A DNA stretch of 64,000 nt from the NCBI GenBank assembly GCA_026129915.1, contig JAHCHD010000002.1:5713-69712 (forward strand). Reading direction: 5' to 3'. Shown piece by piece: positions 1 to 11,400 of the stretch (position 1 is the first letter of the stretch; each line of letters begins with the position of its first letter). The notes beneath the pieces are model-generated. The model was not told the DNA's origin and ran no database searches. It saw only the letters and a program-made list of their open reading frames with translations. This stretch comes from Bryobacterales bacterium (GTDB taxonomy: Bacteria > Acidobacteriota > Terriglobia > Bryobacterales > Bryobacteraceae). The position numbers and the translations under genes are program-made.

Positions 1-1506
1 TGGCGCGAGGCAATCGACTACTGCAATCGGCGCAGCCTCCGCGAAGGGCTGATCGCCTGTTATGGCGATGACGGATCGTGGAACCGCACCTGCACCGGCT
101 ACCGGCTGCCCACGGAAGCTGAGTGGCTGGCCGCGCTGGGCAGCAGCGCAGGCATCCCCGCGGAGCAACTCGCCGACGCCCATCTCTTGCGCGGAGAAAA
201 CAGGGTGGCGGTGGTAGCGGAGCAATCCGTTAAGGGCAGCCTCCCCGTCGAGCGCGGGGCGCTGTTTGGCGCGGGCCTGCGCAACCAGATCGGGAATGTA
301 TGGGAATGGTGCTGGGATCGCTTCCATGCGGCACGCATCGTGGATGCCGTAGATAATCCGCAGGGGCCGCAGACAGGGAACGAGCGGGTAATTCGTGGAG
401 GTTCCTATCTGACGCGACCCAACGAATGGAATAAGGGCTTCCGATCGTCGATGCCGCCCAGCGGGCGCAGCCCCTATACGGGGTTCCGGCTGGCGCGCTC
501 GTTGCCGCATGGCGGCGAGTCCTTGCCCGCCCGCCTGTACGCCGGAGTGGTGGATGTACAAGCCAGCGGCGATGAGACTCCCAAGCCAGCCAACGAGTTG
601 CGACTGCAATGGATGGAGGTGCTGGGCGAGCCCAAACTGCCGCCCACACCCGTGCAGGCAATTGCACGAGAGCACTTAGTGGAACCAGCGTGGCGCGGGC
701 GCTTGCTCGACTTGACGCTGGAGCCGGGGCTGCCCTGCCGCGCCCTGCTGATGCTGCCCGCGACAGCACAGCCCGGGCCTCTCCCCGTGGTGGTAGTGCC
801 ATTCTATGACGTGGATACCCCGGCGGGCAGAGACCTTGGAGGCCGCAGCGCGATGCCAGCAAGTCCTCGTGCTTTGGGCCATCTTGCGGTACAGCACGGA
901 ATGGCGGCGCTTGTGGTGCGCTGGTCTGGTGAAAACGATGCACCGGGTTACCTTGAAGTCGTGGCGGAACTGGAACGACGCCATCCTGGCGTGACAGGTC
1001 TTGGTTACTGGGTGTGGCAGGCAAAACGCATCGCCGACTGGCTGCAGACCCAGCCGGAGATTGACCCTGCGCGCATCGGCATCGCTGGGCACTCCCTCGG
1101 TGGCAAGATGGCTTTGTATGCGGCGTCCTTCGAACCACGGTATCGCGCGGTGGTGTCCTCTGAGCCTGGAATTGCACTGGAGTTTTCAAACTACGGCGAC
1201 CCCTGGTATCTGGGTGAGCGCATCCGGCTTCTGCCCGAAGGCGCTGACCACCACGAACTGCTGCACCTAATGGCTCCGCGCCCTTTTCTTCTGATTGCGG
1301 GTGAGAGCGCCGACGGGGCAAAGAGCCTGCCAATGCTGGCGCGCGGCGCCGCGGCCTATCCTGCCGAGGAGAGCGCGGGAACGCCAGCGAGGCGTGCAGG
1401 CATCGCAATCCTCAACCACGGCACCGGTCATTCGCCGACACCGGAATCCGTGGCCTCGGCAATGGCCTGGCTACGAGATCACCTCAGCAACAGCAGAGCT
1501 CGCTGA
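1..1506 (+). CDS. 5'-partial fusion protein: FGE-sulfatase (formylglycine-generating-enzyme family) domain plus a C-terminal alpha/beta-hydrolase (dienelactone-hydrolase-like)
   Basis: Frame 1 is open from nt 1 (WREAIDYCN..YRLPTEAEW), so ORF 187..1506 continues upstream of the window. FGE-family motifs are GNVWEWCWD, RGGSY and GFRLARS. The C-terminal half has the nucleophile elbow GHSLGG. Confidence 0.75.
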   Translation, partial: WREAIDYCNRRSLREGLIACYGDDGSWNRTCTGYRLPTEAEWLAALGSSAGIPAEQLADAHLLRGENRVAVVAEQSVKGSLPVERGALFGAGLRNQIGNVWEWCWDRFHAARIVDAVDNPQGPQTGNERVIRGGSYLTRPNEWNKGFRSSMPPSGRSPYTGFRLARSLPHGGESLPARLYAGVVDVQASGDETPKPANELRLQWMEVLGEPKLPPTPVQAIAREHLVEPAWRGRLLDLTLEPGLPCRALLMLPATAQPGPLPVVVVPFYDVDTPAGRDLGGRSAMPASPRALGHLAVQHGMAALVVRWSGENDAPGYLEVVAELERRHPGVTGLGYWVWQAKRIADWLQTQPEIDPARIGIAGHSLGGKMALYAASFEPRYRAVVSSEPGIALEFSNYGDPWYLGERIRLLPEGADHHELLHLMAPRPFLLIAGESADGAKSLPMLARGAAAYPAEESAGTPARRAGIAILNHGTGHSPTPESVASAMAWLRDHLSNSRAR

Positions 1507-1603
1507 CATACGTTAGTTGCGTAAGTGCCGTTACCTGGGCTACGGACATTACCTGGGCTACCGCGTCCCACAGGGCCAGCGGGTCCGATACACTTGCGGT
1601 GTC

Positions 1604-2752
1604 ATGCCTCTACTGATTGTGCTTATGCTGCTGGTGACCGCATCTGTCGGCGCCGGCGAACTTCCTTCATTTCGTCAGACCAATATCGTTACTGGCCTGA
1701 AGATGGGCTACCAGGTGGTGCTGGCGGATCTGAATGCCGATGGCAAACCCGACGTGGTGGTAGTGGACGAGCGCTCTGACGAACTCGCCTGGTACGAGAA
1801 CCCATCCTGGCAGCGGCACATCATCGCAACAGAAGTGCCCCGTGTGATCAATCTCGAGTGCCAGGACCTGAATGGCGATGGCATTCCGGAGATCGCGATG
1901 GCGCACTACTTCGAAAGCAATCCTGACCGTAGCGCGGGAGACGTGCTGCTGCTGGAACATGACGGCGATCCACGAAAACCGTGGCGCAAACGGCCCATCG
2001 ACCGCGTGGCAACGGCCCACCGCATTCGTTGGATTCCCGTAGAAGCGGGCAAACCATCCTGGCTGCTGGTGGCGCCCATCGTTGGCGAGAAAGTCTACGC
2101 GCCGGAGTTTGAGGGCAAGGTACCGATCTACGCATACCGCCCGGGTGAGTGGAAGCGCATGCGCATCTCTGGGTCTCTGAACGGTGTCCTGCACAGCATC
2201 CACCCGGTGGAATGGGAGCCCGGCCAGTGGCACCTGCTGACTGCCAGCTTCGACGGATTGCAGCGCCTGGTCCCGCGTCCGGAAGGCGAGTGGACCCATA
2301 TCCCGCTGCACCCCGGCTACGCGGAGCCTTGCCCGCGCTGCGGCACCAGCGAAGTGAAGGAAGGCTATCTCGGCAAGCAACGATTTCTGGCCACGATTGA
2401 GCCCTGGCACGGCAATATCGTGGCCGTCTACCTGGAAGGCAGGCAGGGCTGGAAGCGCGTCGTGATTGAAGAGGGAATGGTGAATGGCCACGCTCTGGCG
2501 GTGGCGGATCTCGATGGCGACGGGCGCGCCGAGATCGTGGGCAGCTTCCGGGGCCAGGATTTCCGGCTGAGCGTCTACCAGGCCGCGGACGCCGACGGCG
2601 CCACCTGGAATCGCACCATATTGAACGAAGGAAAACTCGCTGGAGCAGACTGCAAGATCGCGGACATCACCGGCAATGGCCGCCCGGACATTGTGTGCTC
2701 CGGTGCGTCCACTGGCAACGTAATGCTGCTCGAGAACCTCGGAAAACCCTAA
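1604..2752 (+). CDS. Secreted FG-GAP/VCBS repeat protein
   Basis: Four Ca-binding-type repeats are present: DLNADGKPDVVVVD, DLNGDGIPEI, DLDGDGRAEIV and DITGNGRPDIV. ATG 1604 gives the signal peptide MPLLIVLMLLVTASVGA. The ORF track opens earlier, at TTG 1517. Confidence 0.8.
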   Translation: MPLLIVLMLLVTASVGAGELPSFRQTNIVTGLKMGYQVVLADLNADGKPDVVVVDERSDELAWYENPSWQRHIIATEVPRVINLECQDLNGDGIPEIAMAHYFESNPDRSAGDVLLLEHDGDPRKPWRKRPIDRVATAHRIRWIPVEAGKPSWLLVAPIVGEKVYAPEFEGKVPIYAYRPGEWKRMRISGSLNGVLHSIHPVEWEPGQWHLLTASFDGLQRLVPRPEGEWTHIPLHPGYAEPCPRCGTSEVKEGYLGKQRFLATIEPWHGNIVAVYLEGRQGWKRVVIEEGMVNGHALAVADLDGDGRAEIVGSFRGQDFRLSVYQAADADGATWNRTILNEGKLAGADCKIADITGNGRPDIVCSGASTGNVMLLENLGKP

Positions 2753-2913
2753 CCCTGTTGGAAGTGCGAAAGGGCTCGACGCGCCACTCTGCTCGCAGTA
2801 CGATAAGGCAGGCCCATCTGCCAGTAGTCGCCGCGGGATGGTGCCGGGATCTGCATTTGGACGACATAGCCCGGGCGTCGCGCAGGGCACTGGCAAGGCT
2901 CAAGGAGGATTTA

Positions 2914-3405
2914 ATGTCTCCTCGTTGGCTTGCCCTTGGACTCAGTGTCGTTCTTCTGCCGCCCTTCGCGGGCGCGCAGGACCCCCTCAAACCATTTCGC
3001 TATAGCGGCAGCGCGTTCGCACACGGCACCGTTGGAGCTTGCGCCCATGGCGTGGCATTCGGAGGCGTTGGCGGAGGCGTGGAAGGCTTGGTGTGGAAAG
3101 GACTCTCATTGGGAGCTGCCGGTTCCGCGAACACATTCGTACGCGGACCCAACATCTATCTGCTGACCGGCCAAGTGGGCTATCACTTTGTGGACCGGAA
3201 CCGGCCCCGTGGTTCTGATCCTTTCGTATCATTCGGAATGGGCTTCGGCACTTCGCTGCACGGACGCAGTAGCGGAAGTGCCAATCTGGGTGGCGGGCTG
3301 AACTACTGGGTCAGCAACCACGTGGGCATCCGGATGGAAGGTCGCGTGATTGGAATTACCAGCGATGGCATTGGCGTCTTGCAGCTTGGGGTTGCATTCC
3401 GCTAA
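2914..3405 (+). CDS. Small outer-membrane beta-barrel-like protein
   Basis: ATG 2914 is preceded by AAGGAGGA. The signal peptide ends PPFAGAQ. The body is Gly/aromatic-rich with alternating strand-like segments, and the C-terminus is LQLGVAFR. Confidence 0.55.
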   Translation: MSPRWLALGLSVVLLPPFAGAQDPLKPFRYSGSAFAHGTVGACAHGVAFGGVGGGVEGLVWKGLSLGAAGSANTFVRGPNIYLLTGQVGYHFVDRNRPRGSDPFVSFGMGFGTSLHGRSSGSANLGGGLNYWVSNHVGIRMEGRVIGITSDGIGVLQLGVAFR

Positions 3406-3811
3406 CGGTGATTCCTGTCGCACTCGCTAGCGGGCTCCTCATTGCATCGCACTGCACCCTTGTGTCCAGCCGGTGGCTTAACGCAACCAACAGATTGGGT
3501 GATCTTAACCCCGCGTTGAAATCAAAGATGGGGAAACACAAGTGTTGCTTCAAGCTTCACATGGGAGTTGGCACATTGAAGTCAGTCTGCCCATGAGTCA
3601 CGGTTGCTCAAGAAAGAGACCAAAGTCACAGCCGGGCGACACCAGACTCCTGTACTCTCGTTACTTCACAGCCAGGTGACGTTACTGCGCCGCGCAGCTA
3701 CCTGCCAGCACGTGGGTACTGAGGAGCCTACAGGAACACTCAGACAGACCCGCCTACACAATTGCGCGGTGAAAGGCATCGCGCATATCACTCCAGGAGG
3801 AGCCACAACAC

Positions 3812-5125
3812 ATGACCTCGCCAGAATTGACTGAGTCCGTTCGCCAGAATGGCAAAGAGCGGTCTCTTTCAAACCACACAGAGTCCACCAACCCGTATGA
3901 GCTTGCGCTCCAGAATTTTGAAGCTGCCGCGGATTTGCTGGAACTGAATGAAAGTGACCGCGCGGAGATTCGCGCTCCGGAACGCACACTGATTGTGAAC
4001 GTGCCAGTACGGATGAATGACGGCAGCATCCGTTCGTTCGAGGGATACCGCGTGCAACACAGCACAGCACGCGGGCCGGCCAAGGGAGGCATTCGCTTTC
4101 ACCCTGGAGTGACCCTTGATGAAGTGCGGGCGCTGGCGATGTGGATGACCTGGAAATGCGCCGTCGTAAACGTTCCTTTCGGCGGCGGGAAGGGCGGGGT
4201 GACCTGCAACCCCAAGGAAATGCGTCCGGAGGAGATTGAACGCCTGACGAGACGTTATACCAGTGCCATTTTGCCCATCATCGGACCAGACAAGGATATT
4301 CCCGCCCCCGACGTATACACCAACGCTCAGGTGATGGCGTGGATCATGGATACCTACAGCATGACGCGCGGCCACCTGGTGCCGGGAGTGGTGACCGGCA
4401 AGCCGATTTCCCTCGGGGGTTCCCTGGGGCGCAGCGAGGCCACCGCTCGTGGCGTGTTCCACACCATCGAAGCGGCTTGCCAGCACCTGCGTTTCAGCCT
4501 CAAGGGCGCGCGTGTAGTGATTCAAGGATTCGGCAACGCGGGCTCCATCGCGGCCAACCTCATCGACAGTGCCCAGGCGGAGGTGATTGCGGTTAGCGAT
4601 TCCAAGGGCTGCGTTTACAATGCCCATGGCTTGCATATCCCCAAGCTGATGACGCACAAGGAAAAGACCGGGAGTGTGGTGGGTTTCTCGGGTGCCGAAC
4701 CAATCACCCCTGAGGAACTGTTGGCGCTTCCCTGCGACATCCTGATACCTGCCGCTCTGGAAAACGCCATCACCCACACCAACGCAGAAAAAGTGCGCGC
4801 CAAGGTGGTGGCAGAGGCCGCCAACGGACCCTTGACTCCAGAGGCAGACGCCGTCCTGGATGAACTGGGAGTATTCGTGATTCCAGACATTCTGTGCAAC
4901 GCCGGAGGAGTGACTGTTTCCTACTACGAGTGGGTCCAAAACCACCAACACATCTCGTGGGACCTCAACGAGGTGAATAGCCGCCTGGAAGCAGTGATGA
5001 GCAGGAGTTTTCACGAAGTCCTGGAGACCAGCCAGGAGCGCAAGACCAATATGCGCACGGCTGCCAACATCCTGGCAATTCGGCGTGTGGTGGATGCGGC
5101 CAAGCTCCGCGGACTCTATCCGTAG
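3812..5125 (+). CDS. gdhA: Glutamate dehydrogenase (Glu/Leu/Phe/Val dehydrogenase family)
   Basis: Motifs are PAKGGIRFHP, the catalytic-Lys region VPFGGGKGG, and the Rossmann motif VVIQGFGNAGS. An AGGAGGA RBS lies upstream of ATG 3812. Confidence 0.95.
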   Translation: MTSPELTESVRQNGKERSLSNHTESTNPYELALQNFEAAADLLELNESDRAEIRAPERTLIVNVPVRMNDGSIRSFEGYRVQHSTARGPAKGGIRFHPGVTLDEVRALAMWMTWKCAVVNVPFGGGKGGVTCNPKEMRPEEIERLTRRYTSAILPIIGPDKDIPAPDVYTNAQVMAWIMDTYSMTRGHLVPGVVTGKPISLGGSLGRSEATARGVFHTIEAACQHLRFSLKGARVVIQGFGNAGSIAANLIDSAQAEVIAVSDSKGCVYNAHGLHIPKLMTHKEKTGSVVGFSGAEPITPEELLALPCDILIPAALENAITHTNAEKVRAKVVAEAANGPLTPEADAVLDELGVFVIPDILCNAGGVTVSYYEWVQNHQHISWDLNEVNSRLEAVMSRSFHEVLETSQERKTNMRTAANILAIRRVVDAAKLRGLYP

Positions 5126-5195
5126 GCCCTATGCGCTGAACGGAATTCCCTTTGTGCTGCATTCCCTGATAGGCGCAGCGGGGCACATGCAAAAA

Positions 5196-5221
5196 CCGGG
5201 GCTGCCTGCAGGCAGCCCCGG
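5196..5221 (-). terminator. Intrinsic terminator hairpin between convergent gdhA and gltD
   Basis: A perfect 11-bp stem ccggggctgcc / ggcagccccgg encloses the loop tgca. The A5 run at 5191-5195 reads as a T5 tail on the minus strand, so the hairpin best fits termination of gltBD. Confidence 0.6.
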
Positions 5222-5271
5222 GGGAATTCCCAAGAAGGAGGGGAACGAACTTCGTGTTGCGGACGCGCCCG

Positions 5272-6711
5272 CTACTGCCGGTAGGTAAGCGGCAGTGCGC
5301 TGGAGCCCATTAGATACTTGTCCACACCGTGTGCCGCGTTGCGCCCTTCGGCAATCGCCCACACTACCAGAGACTGGCCACGGCGCACGTCACCAGCGGC
5401 GAACACTCCCGGGACGCTGGTCATGTAGTCGTCGTTGGCTTTTGCGTTGCCGCGCCTGTCAAGCTCATAGCCGAGTTGCTCCGCGATGCCGCCAGGCTTG
5501 GGACCCAGGAAGCCCATGGCCAGCAGGACCAGGTCAGCGGGCAGCACCGTTTCCGACCCCGGCTCCGCTTCAAACTTAGGCGGAAGACCCACCGTCACCG
5601 CGTGCAGCGCCTTTACGTTACCCTGGTCATCGCCCTCAAAATGCGTGGTATTTATGCTCCAAAGACGCTCGCCGCCCTCTTCATGCGAGGTCTCGGTGCG
5701 TAGCCGCAAGGGCCAAAGAGGCCATGGCGTTTGCGGTGCGCGCTCAGCGGGGGGCTTGGGGAATAGCTCAAGCTGGGTGATGCTTTTTGCCCCCTGACGC
5801 CGGGAGGTCCCGAAGCAATCCGCTCCTGTATCCCCTCCACCGATGATGATGACGTGCTTACCCGCGGCGGAGATTTCACCTTCGTTATATCCCGTTTCCT
5901 CACTGGAAACACGGCGATTCTGTTGCGGCAGGAACTCCATGGCGAAGTGGATGCCCTTCAGTTCCCTGCCCGGCACGTGCAGATCGCGTGGTTGCTCCGC
6001 GCCCATCGCCAACACAATGGCATCGAATTCGGCGCGCAGCCAGTCGCCGGTGATCTCCGCTCCCACGCTGACGTTCGTACGGAACTTCACGCCCTCGGCT
6101 TCCATCTGTTCCAGGCGACGATCGATCACCCATTTTTCCAGCTTGAAATCGGGGATGCCATAACGAAGCAACCCGCCCGGCTTCCCGTTCTTCTCAAACA
6201 CCGTCACCAGATGCCCGGCGCGGTTCAGCTGCTGCGCGGCCGCAAGTCCCGCAGGTCCTGATCCGATAACCGCCACCTTCTTGCCAGTGCGGTGAAACGG
6301 TGGTTCCGGTTTGATGAAGCCCTTCTCCCAGGCTTCTTCCACGATGGTGCGTTCCACCACCTTAATGGATACGGGCGGCGATGTAATACCGAGTACGCAT
6401 GCTGTTTCACAAGGAGCTGGGCAGATGCGACCCGTGAACTCCGGGAAGTTGTTCGTGGCATGCAGCATGCGGATCGCCTCGTCCCAACGGTCACGGTAAA
6501 CCAGGTCGTTCCAATCCGGAATGATGTTGTTCACCGGGCAGCCGGTGTGGCAGAAGGGCACGCCGCAATCCATGCATCGCGCAGCCTGCGTCTTCACCAC
6601 GTCCATCGGCAACGGCTGGTACACCTCAAAATAGTCGTGCACCCGCTCATCCACTGGCCGCTTGCCAATCTCCTGGCGATCGTACTCTAGGAAACCGGTA
6701 ACCTTACCCAC
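5272..6711 (-). CDS. gltD: Glutamate synthase (NADPH) small subunit
   Basis: The N-terminus is [10 protein letters not shown]. There are two Cys clusters ([15 protein letters not shown]), FAD/NAD Rossmann motifs [14 protein letters not shown] and [12 protein letters not shown], and a GTG start at 6711. Confidence 0.95.
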   Translation of the reverse strand: MGKVTGFLEYDRQEIGKRPVDERVHDYFEVYQPLPMDVVKTQAARCMDCGVPFCHTGCPVNNIIPDWNDLVYRDRWDEAIRMLHATNNFPEFTGRICPAPCETACVLGITSPPVSIKVVERTIVEEAWEKGFIKPEPPFHRTGKKVAVIGSGPAGLAAAQQLNRAGHLVTVFEKNGKPGGLLRYGIPDFKLEKWVIDRRLEQMEAEGVKFRTNVSVGAEITGDWLRAEFDAIVLAMGAEQPRDLHVPGRELKGIHFAMEFLPQQNRRVSSEETGYNEGEISAAGKHVIIIGGGDTGADCFGTSRRQGAKSITQLELFPKPPAERAPQTPWPLWPLRLRTETSHEEGGERLWSINTTHFEGDDQGNVKALHAVTVGLPPKFEAEPGSETVLPADLVLLAMGFLGPKPGGIAEQLGYELDRRGNAKANDDYMTSVPGVFAAGDVRRGQSLVVWAIAEGRNAAHGVDKYLMGSSALPLTYRQ

Positions 6712-9700
6712 GAACCACCTCCGTCTTTCCGCCGTTTGCTGGCGCCCCTGCTCTCATCTCTGCTCCGGGTTTCGTGTAGCCCATCACCCGCTGGAACTCG
6801 TGCGGGAAGACCTTCACAAATCGCGGCAACATACGGTTGAAGTGCTCAAGGATCCACTTCGCCTTTGGACTGCCGGTGTAGTCAATATGGTTCTGAATAA
6901 GCTGCCGCAGAATGCGCTGGTCTTCCTGGTCGGAAACCGGCATCAGGTCGACGCTGGCCAGGTTGCACTGGTGGCGTCCGAACTCGCCAACTTCGTCGAG
7001 CACATATGCGATGCCTCCGCTCATGCCCGCGGCGAAGTTGCGGCCGGTGGTTCCCAGCACCACCACTCTGCCATTGGTCATGTACTCGCAGCCGTGGTCG
7101 CCCACGCCTTCCACCACTGCAGTGGCACCGCTGTTGCGCACACAGAATCGTTCCCCGGCTACGCCATTGAAGTAAGCTTCTCCGCTGGTAGCGCCATACA
7201 TCACCGTATTGCCGATGAGGATGTTCTCCTCGGGCAGGAACGAAGACTCGCGCGGCGGGTAGACGATCACTTTGCCGCCTGAGAGCCCCTTGCCCACATA
7301 GTCGTTGGAATCGCCTTCGAGTTCGAGCGTTACGCCGCGCTCAAGGAAGGCACCGAAACTCTGGCCCGCTGAGCCGCGGAACTTGAAGTGAATGGTGTCA
7401 TCCTGCAGCGGATCTTCATGGAATGCCCGCGCCACGCGCCCGCTTAGCATCGCACCCACGGTGCGGTGTACGTTACGGATGTCCAGCTCCGCCCGTACAG
7501 GCTGCCGTGCCTCAAGGGTGGGCGAGGCGATCTGAATAAGTTCGTGATCGAGCGCGGCTTCCAATCCGTGGTCCTGCGGCATGATGCAGCGGGCCGCAAC
7601 GCGCGAGGGCAACTCGGGACGATACAGAATGGACGAGAAATCAAGCTGGCTGGCTTTCCAGTGCTCCACTCCCGCTTGCATTTCCAGACGATCGCTGCGG
7701 CCGATCATCTCGTTCATCGTGCGGAATCCCAGCTTCGCCATGATTTCGCGCAACTCCTCCGCCACAAAGAAGAAGAAGTTGATGACGTTCTCGGGCGCGC
7801 CGGTGAACTTGGCGCGCAGGACGGGGTCCTGCGTGGCAATACCCACCGGGCAGGTGTTCAGATGACACTTGCGCATCATGATGCAGCCCATCGTAATGAG
7901 CGGCGCGGTGCTGAAGCCAAACTCTTCCGCACCCAGCAGCGCGGCGATGGCCACGTCGCGGCCCGTTTGCAGTTTGCCGTCGGTCTGTACGGTGATGCGG
8001 CTGCGCAGGTCGTTCATCAGAAGCACCTGCTGCGTTTCCGCAAGGCCCAGTTCCCAGGGGATGCCCGCGTGCTTGATGGACGTAAGCGGCGAAGCGCCCG
8101 TGCCGCCGTCGTGGCCGCTGATGAGCACCACATCGGCATGCGCCTTGGCTACGCCCGCGGCAACAATCCCCACACCAACCTCCGCCACCAGCTTTACGGA
8201 GATCCGCGCATTCGGGTTAACGTTTTTGAGGTCGAAGATCAGCTGTGCCAGATCCTCAATCGAATAGATATCGTGGTGCGGCGGTGGCGAGATCAGGCCC
8301 ACCCCCGGCACCGAATGGCGCACCTTGGCGATGATGGCATCCACCTTGTGGCCGGGCAACTGGCCACCCTCACCCGGCTTGGCTCCCTGCGCAATCTTAA
8401 TCTGCAGTTCGTCCGCATTCACCAGGTAGTGAGTGGTGACGCCAAAGCGCCCCGACGCCACTTGCTTGATGGAACTGCGCTTGGAATCACCATTGGGCAA
8501 GGTAAGGTAGCGCACCTCATCCTCGCCGCCTTCGCCCGTATTGGAGCGCGCGCCGATACGGTTCATCGCAATTGCCAGCGTCTCGTGCGCTTCCGCACTG
8601 ATTGAGCCGAATGACATTGCCCCCGTGGCAAAACGCTTGACGATATTGGCCGCCGGTTCCACCTGGTCAATCGGAATCGGCGTACCGGATTCCTTGAAGT
8701 GCATCAGCCCGCGAAGCGTGGCCCGGTGCCGTTCCTGGTTGTTCAGGTGCTCCGCGTATTCCTTGTAGCTGGCGTACGAATTGCCACGCACGGCATGCTG
8801 CAGCTTGCTTACGGAGAATGGATTGTAAAGGTGATACTCGCCGCGCACGCGGTACTGATAGGAACCGCCAACGTCAAGCTCAGGTTCGTCCTTTGTTACC
8901 TTGCGGAACGCATAGTCGTGTTTCAACTGCGCTTCGCGGGCAACCACATCTATGCCCACGCCCTCAATGCGGGAAGGGGTGCCAGTGAAGTACTGGTCAA
9001 TGAAATCGCGGCTCAGGCCAATGGCCTCGAATATCTGGGCGCCCCTGTAGCTCTGCAGCGTGGAGACGCCCATCTTCGAGAACACCTTTAGCAGACCCTT
9101 ATTCACGGCCTTCACAAACTTCTTGTGCAGGATGTCGGGCGGAGTATTGCCCAGAAGCCCGCGCGCCGATAGATCGTCCAGTGTCTCAAACGCGAGGAAG
9201 GGGTTCACTGCGCTGGCCCCGTAGCCGATCAGCAACGCAAAGTGCATTACTTCGCGGGGCTCGCCTGATTCCACAATCAGCGCACACTGGGTACGCAACT
9301 CCTCGCGGGTAAGGTGGTTATGCACCGCGCTTAAGGCGAGCAGACAGGGAATCGGCGCATACTCGTCGTCGAGGCCGCGATCAGAGAGAATCAGCATTGA
9401 ATAGCCAGACTTCACGGCCAGGCTGGCTCGCTTGCACAGTGCATCCAGCGCGCGCCGCAGCCCATCGGGCCCGTCTGCCACCCGGAAAAGGGTAGGCAAC
9501 GTGGTGGCCAGGAAGTCGCCTCGTGACACGCGCCGCAGCTTTTCGAGGTGCTTGTTTTCAAGGATTGGGTGGTCGAGTTTTAGAGTCTGTGCGTGCTCCG
9601 GCGTTTCGTCCAGAATGTTCCGCTCCGTGCCGATATAGCTCACCAGCGACATCACCAGCTCTTCGCGAATGGGGTCAATGGCCGGATTGGTGACCTGCGC

Positions 9701-11284
9701 GAAAAGCTGCTTGAAGTAGTGAAAGAGCGGCTGCGGTTTATCTGACAGGCAGGCCAGCGGCGTGTCGGTGCCCATGGATCCAATTGGTTCCTGGCCGTCC
9801 GTGGCCATGGGACCCATGATCACGCGAATGTCCTCATCCGTGTATCCAAAGGCCCGCTGGCGCTGCAACAGCGTCTCATGCGTCGCGGGGAAGCTACGCC
9901 CGCTCTCTGGAAGGTCCTCAAGCCGCAGTTGATTCTTCTCGATCCACTCGCGGTACGGGCGCCGGCTCTTCAGTTGGTCCTTGAGTTCCTCGTCGGGCAC
10001 AATCCGGCCCTGCGCCAGATCCACCAGGAACATGCGTCCCGGTTGCAGCCTCCCCTTGGAGCGGATGTTCTTGGGCTCCACTGGCAGCACGCCGGTTTCC
10101 GATGCCATGATCACAAGGTCGTCATGCGTCACGTAATAGCGCGCCGGGCGCAAACCGTTACGGTCAAGCGTGGCGCCCACCACCGTGCCGTCGGTGAACG
10201 CAACAGCCGCCGGACCATCCCAAGGCTCCATCAGCGACGCATGGAATTCGTAAAATGCCTTGCGGTCGTCGTCCATCGTTTCGTCAGCGTCCCAGGCCTC
10301 CGGGATTAGCATTGCCATCACATGAGGCAGGCTGCGTCCCGTCAGCGTAAGCAGTTCCACCACGTTGTCGAGGCCTGAGGAATCACTGCCCTCAGGCAGC
10401 ACGATGGGAAACAACTTCTTCAGTTCGTCACCAAACAGCGGACTTTCCAGCACACTCTGGCGAGCGTTCATCCACGCCACGTTGCCGCGGATCGTGTTGA
10501 TCTCACCGTTGTGGCAGATGTACCGGAAGGGATGGGCAAGGTCCCACGTCGGAAACGTATTCGTGGAAAAGCGCTGGTGCACCATGCAGAGCGCACTCAC
10601 AAAATCCTTGTCGTTCAAGTCCTGGTAGAACTCGCGGATCTGCGGCGCCAGCAACAGGCCTTTATAGATGATCGTGCGCGTGGAGAACGACGAAATGTAG
10701 AAGAACTTCCGCTCGTTGATGTCGGAGCGGTCGACGCGGTTCTTTGCCACCCGGCGCAGCACGTAGAGCTTCCGCTCAAGCGTCATCTGGTCAACGCCAG
10801 CCGGACCCTTTACGAAGACTTGCGCGATATACGGCTGCGACGAGCGCGCCACTCGCCCAATGGCGTCCGGATTGATGTAACAGGTCCGCCAACCCAGCAG
10901 TTCGAGTCCTTCCTCTTCAATCGCCTTTTCCACCATCGCCTCACAGCGAAGGCGGTCGAAACGATCCACGGGAAGGAAGATCATACCCACGCCATAACTG
11001 CCCGCCGGAGGTAATGAGAATCCCTGCTTCTCGGCTTCCTTCGCAAAAAAGGCGTGTGGTATCTGCGTCAGTACTCCAGCGCCGTCGCCGGTTTCCGGGT
11101 CGCAGCCACAGGCGCCGCGGTGCGTTAGGTTAATCAGGATTTCAACGCCCTTGTCAATGATGGCGTGCGACTTCTCACCCTTCAAATGGGCGACAAATCC
11201 CAGCCCGCAGGCGTCCTTCTCAAACGAAGGCAGATAGAGTCCCTGGGCTTCGGGAAGCCAGGGTGAGGCAGTATGATGGCGCAT
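6704..11284 (-). CDS. gltB: Glutamate synthase large subunit
   Basis: It carries the Ntn-amidotransferase N-terminus (KDACGLGFV), an FMN/3Fe-4S central domain and a C-terminal GXGXG beta-helix. It overlaps the gltD start by 8 nt. I chose ATG 11284 (MRHHTASPW..); the track's TTG 11359 is an alternative start. Confidence 0.93.
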   Translation of the reverse strand: MRHHTASPWLPEAQGLYLPSFEKDACGLGFVAHLKGEKSHAIIDKGVEILINLTHRGACGCDPETGDGAGVLTQIPHAFFAKEAEKQGFSLPPAGSYGVGMIFLPVDRFDRLRCEAMVEKAIEEEGLELLGWRTCYINPDAIGRVARSSQPYIAQVFVKGPAGVDQMTLERKLYVLRRVAKNRVDRSDINERKFFYISSFSTRTIIYKGLLLAPQIREFYQDLNDKDFVSALCMVHQRFSTNTFPTWDLAHPFRYICHNGEINTIRGNVAWMNARQSVLESPLFGDELKKLFPIVLPEGSDSSGLDNVVELLTLTGRSLPHVMAMLIPEAWDADETMDDDRKAFYEFHASLMEPWDGPAAVAFTDGTVVGATLDRNGLRPARYYVTHDDLVIMASETGVLPVEPKNIRSKGRLQPGRMFLVDLAQGRIVPDEELKDQLKSRRPYREWIEKNQLRLEDLPESGRSFPATHETLLQRQRAFGYTDEDIRVIMGPMATDGQEPIGSMGTDTPLACLSDKPQPLFHYFKQLFAQVTNPAIDPIREELVMSLVSYIGTERNILDETPEHAQTLKLDHPILENKHLEKLRRVSRGDFLATTLPTLFRVADGPDGLRRALDALCKRASLAVKSGYSMLILSDRGLDDEYAPIPCLLALSAVHNHLTREELRTQCALIVESGEPREVMHFALLIGYGASAVNPFLAFETLDDLSARGLLGNTPPDILHKKFVKAVNKGLLKVFSKMGVSTLQSYRGAQIFEAIGLSRDFIDQYFTGTPSRIEGVGIDVVAREAQLKHDYAFRKVTKDEPELDVGGSYQYRVRGEYHLYNPFSVSKLQHAVRGNSYASYKEYAEHLNNQERHRATLRGLMHFKESGTPIPIDQVEPAANIVKRFATGAMSFGSISAEAHETLAIAMNRIGARSNTGEGGEDEVRYLTLPNGDSKRSSIKQVASGRFGVTTHYLVNADELQIKIAQGAKPGEGGQLPGHKVDAIIAKVRHSVPGVGLISPPPHHDIYSIEDLAQLIFDLKNVNPNARISVKLVAEVGVGIVAAGVAKAHADVVLISGHDGGTGASPLTSIKHAGIPWELGLAETQQVLLMNDLRSRITVQTDGKLQTGRDVAIAALLGAEEFGFSTAPLITMGCIMMRKCHLNTCPVGIATQDPVLRAKFTGAPENVINFFFFVAEELREIMAKLGFRTMNEMIGRSDRLEMQAGVEHWKASQLDFSSILYRPELPSRVAARCIMPQDHGLEAALDHELIQIASPTLEARQPVRAELDIRNVHRTVGAMLSGRVARAFHEDPLQDDTIHFKFRGSAGQSFGAFLERGVTLELEGDSNDYVGKGLSGGKVIVYPPRESSFLPEENILIGNTVMYGATSGEAYFNGVAGERFCVRNSGATAVVEGVGDHGCEYMTNGRVVVLGTTGRNFAAGMSGGIAYVLDEVGEFGRHQCNLASVDLMPVSDQEDQRILRQLIQNHIDYTGSPKAKWILEHFNRMLPRFVKVFPHEFQRVMGYTKPGAEMRAGAPANGGKTEVVRG

Positions 11285-11400
11285 AGGTCTTCTGGGAACC
11301 CCCGGGCAGAGCGAGCGAGGATTCCCCTCAGAATACAACTGGACGAAAACATAAGTCAATACGGACTTGCAGTTTTATAAAATAAGTTATACTGATAGCC
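11285..11400. promoter_or_regulatory. Divergent gltB / LysR promoter region with a candidate LysR-type dyad
   Basis: This stretch is markedly AT-rich in a GC-rich genome. The dyad ATAA-N6-TTAT sits at 11377-11390, immediately upstream of the LysR start. Confidence 0.3.

Noticed and set aside
230-1408. Long antisense or off-frame ORFs overlapping homology-supported genes. Examples are 230..1408(-), 1667..2896(-), 3869..5014(-), 7466..8605(+), 24574..25443(-), 25011..25649(+), 35146..36339(+), 35340..36590(+), 35934..36728(-), 36374..37516(+), 50185..51315(-) and 58112..59365(+).
   Set aside because: These are typical shadow ORFs of GC-rich DNA. Their translations are Arg/Pro/Ala/Gly-rich with no motifs, and each is fully covered by a gene on the other strand or frame that has clear family signatures.
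3569-3585. TGGCAC upstream of gdhA, considered as a sigma-54 (-24/-12) promoter.
   Set aside because: The required GG-N10-GC spacing is not met; the sequence reads tggcacattgaagtca. A second tggc at about 3473 also fails the spacing.
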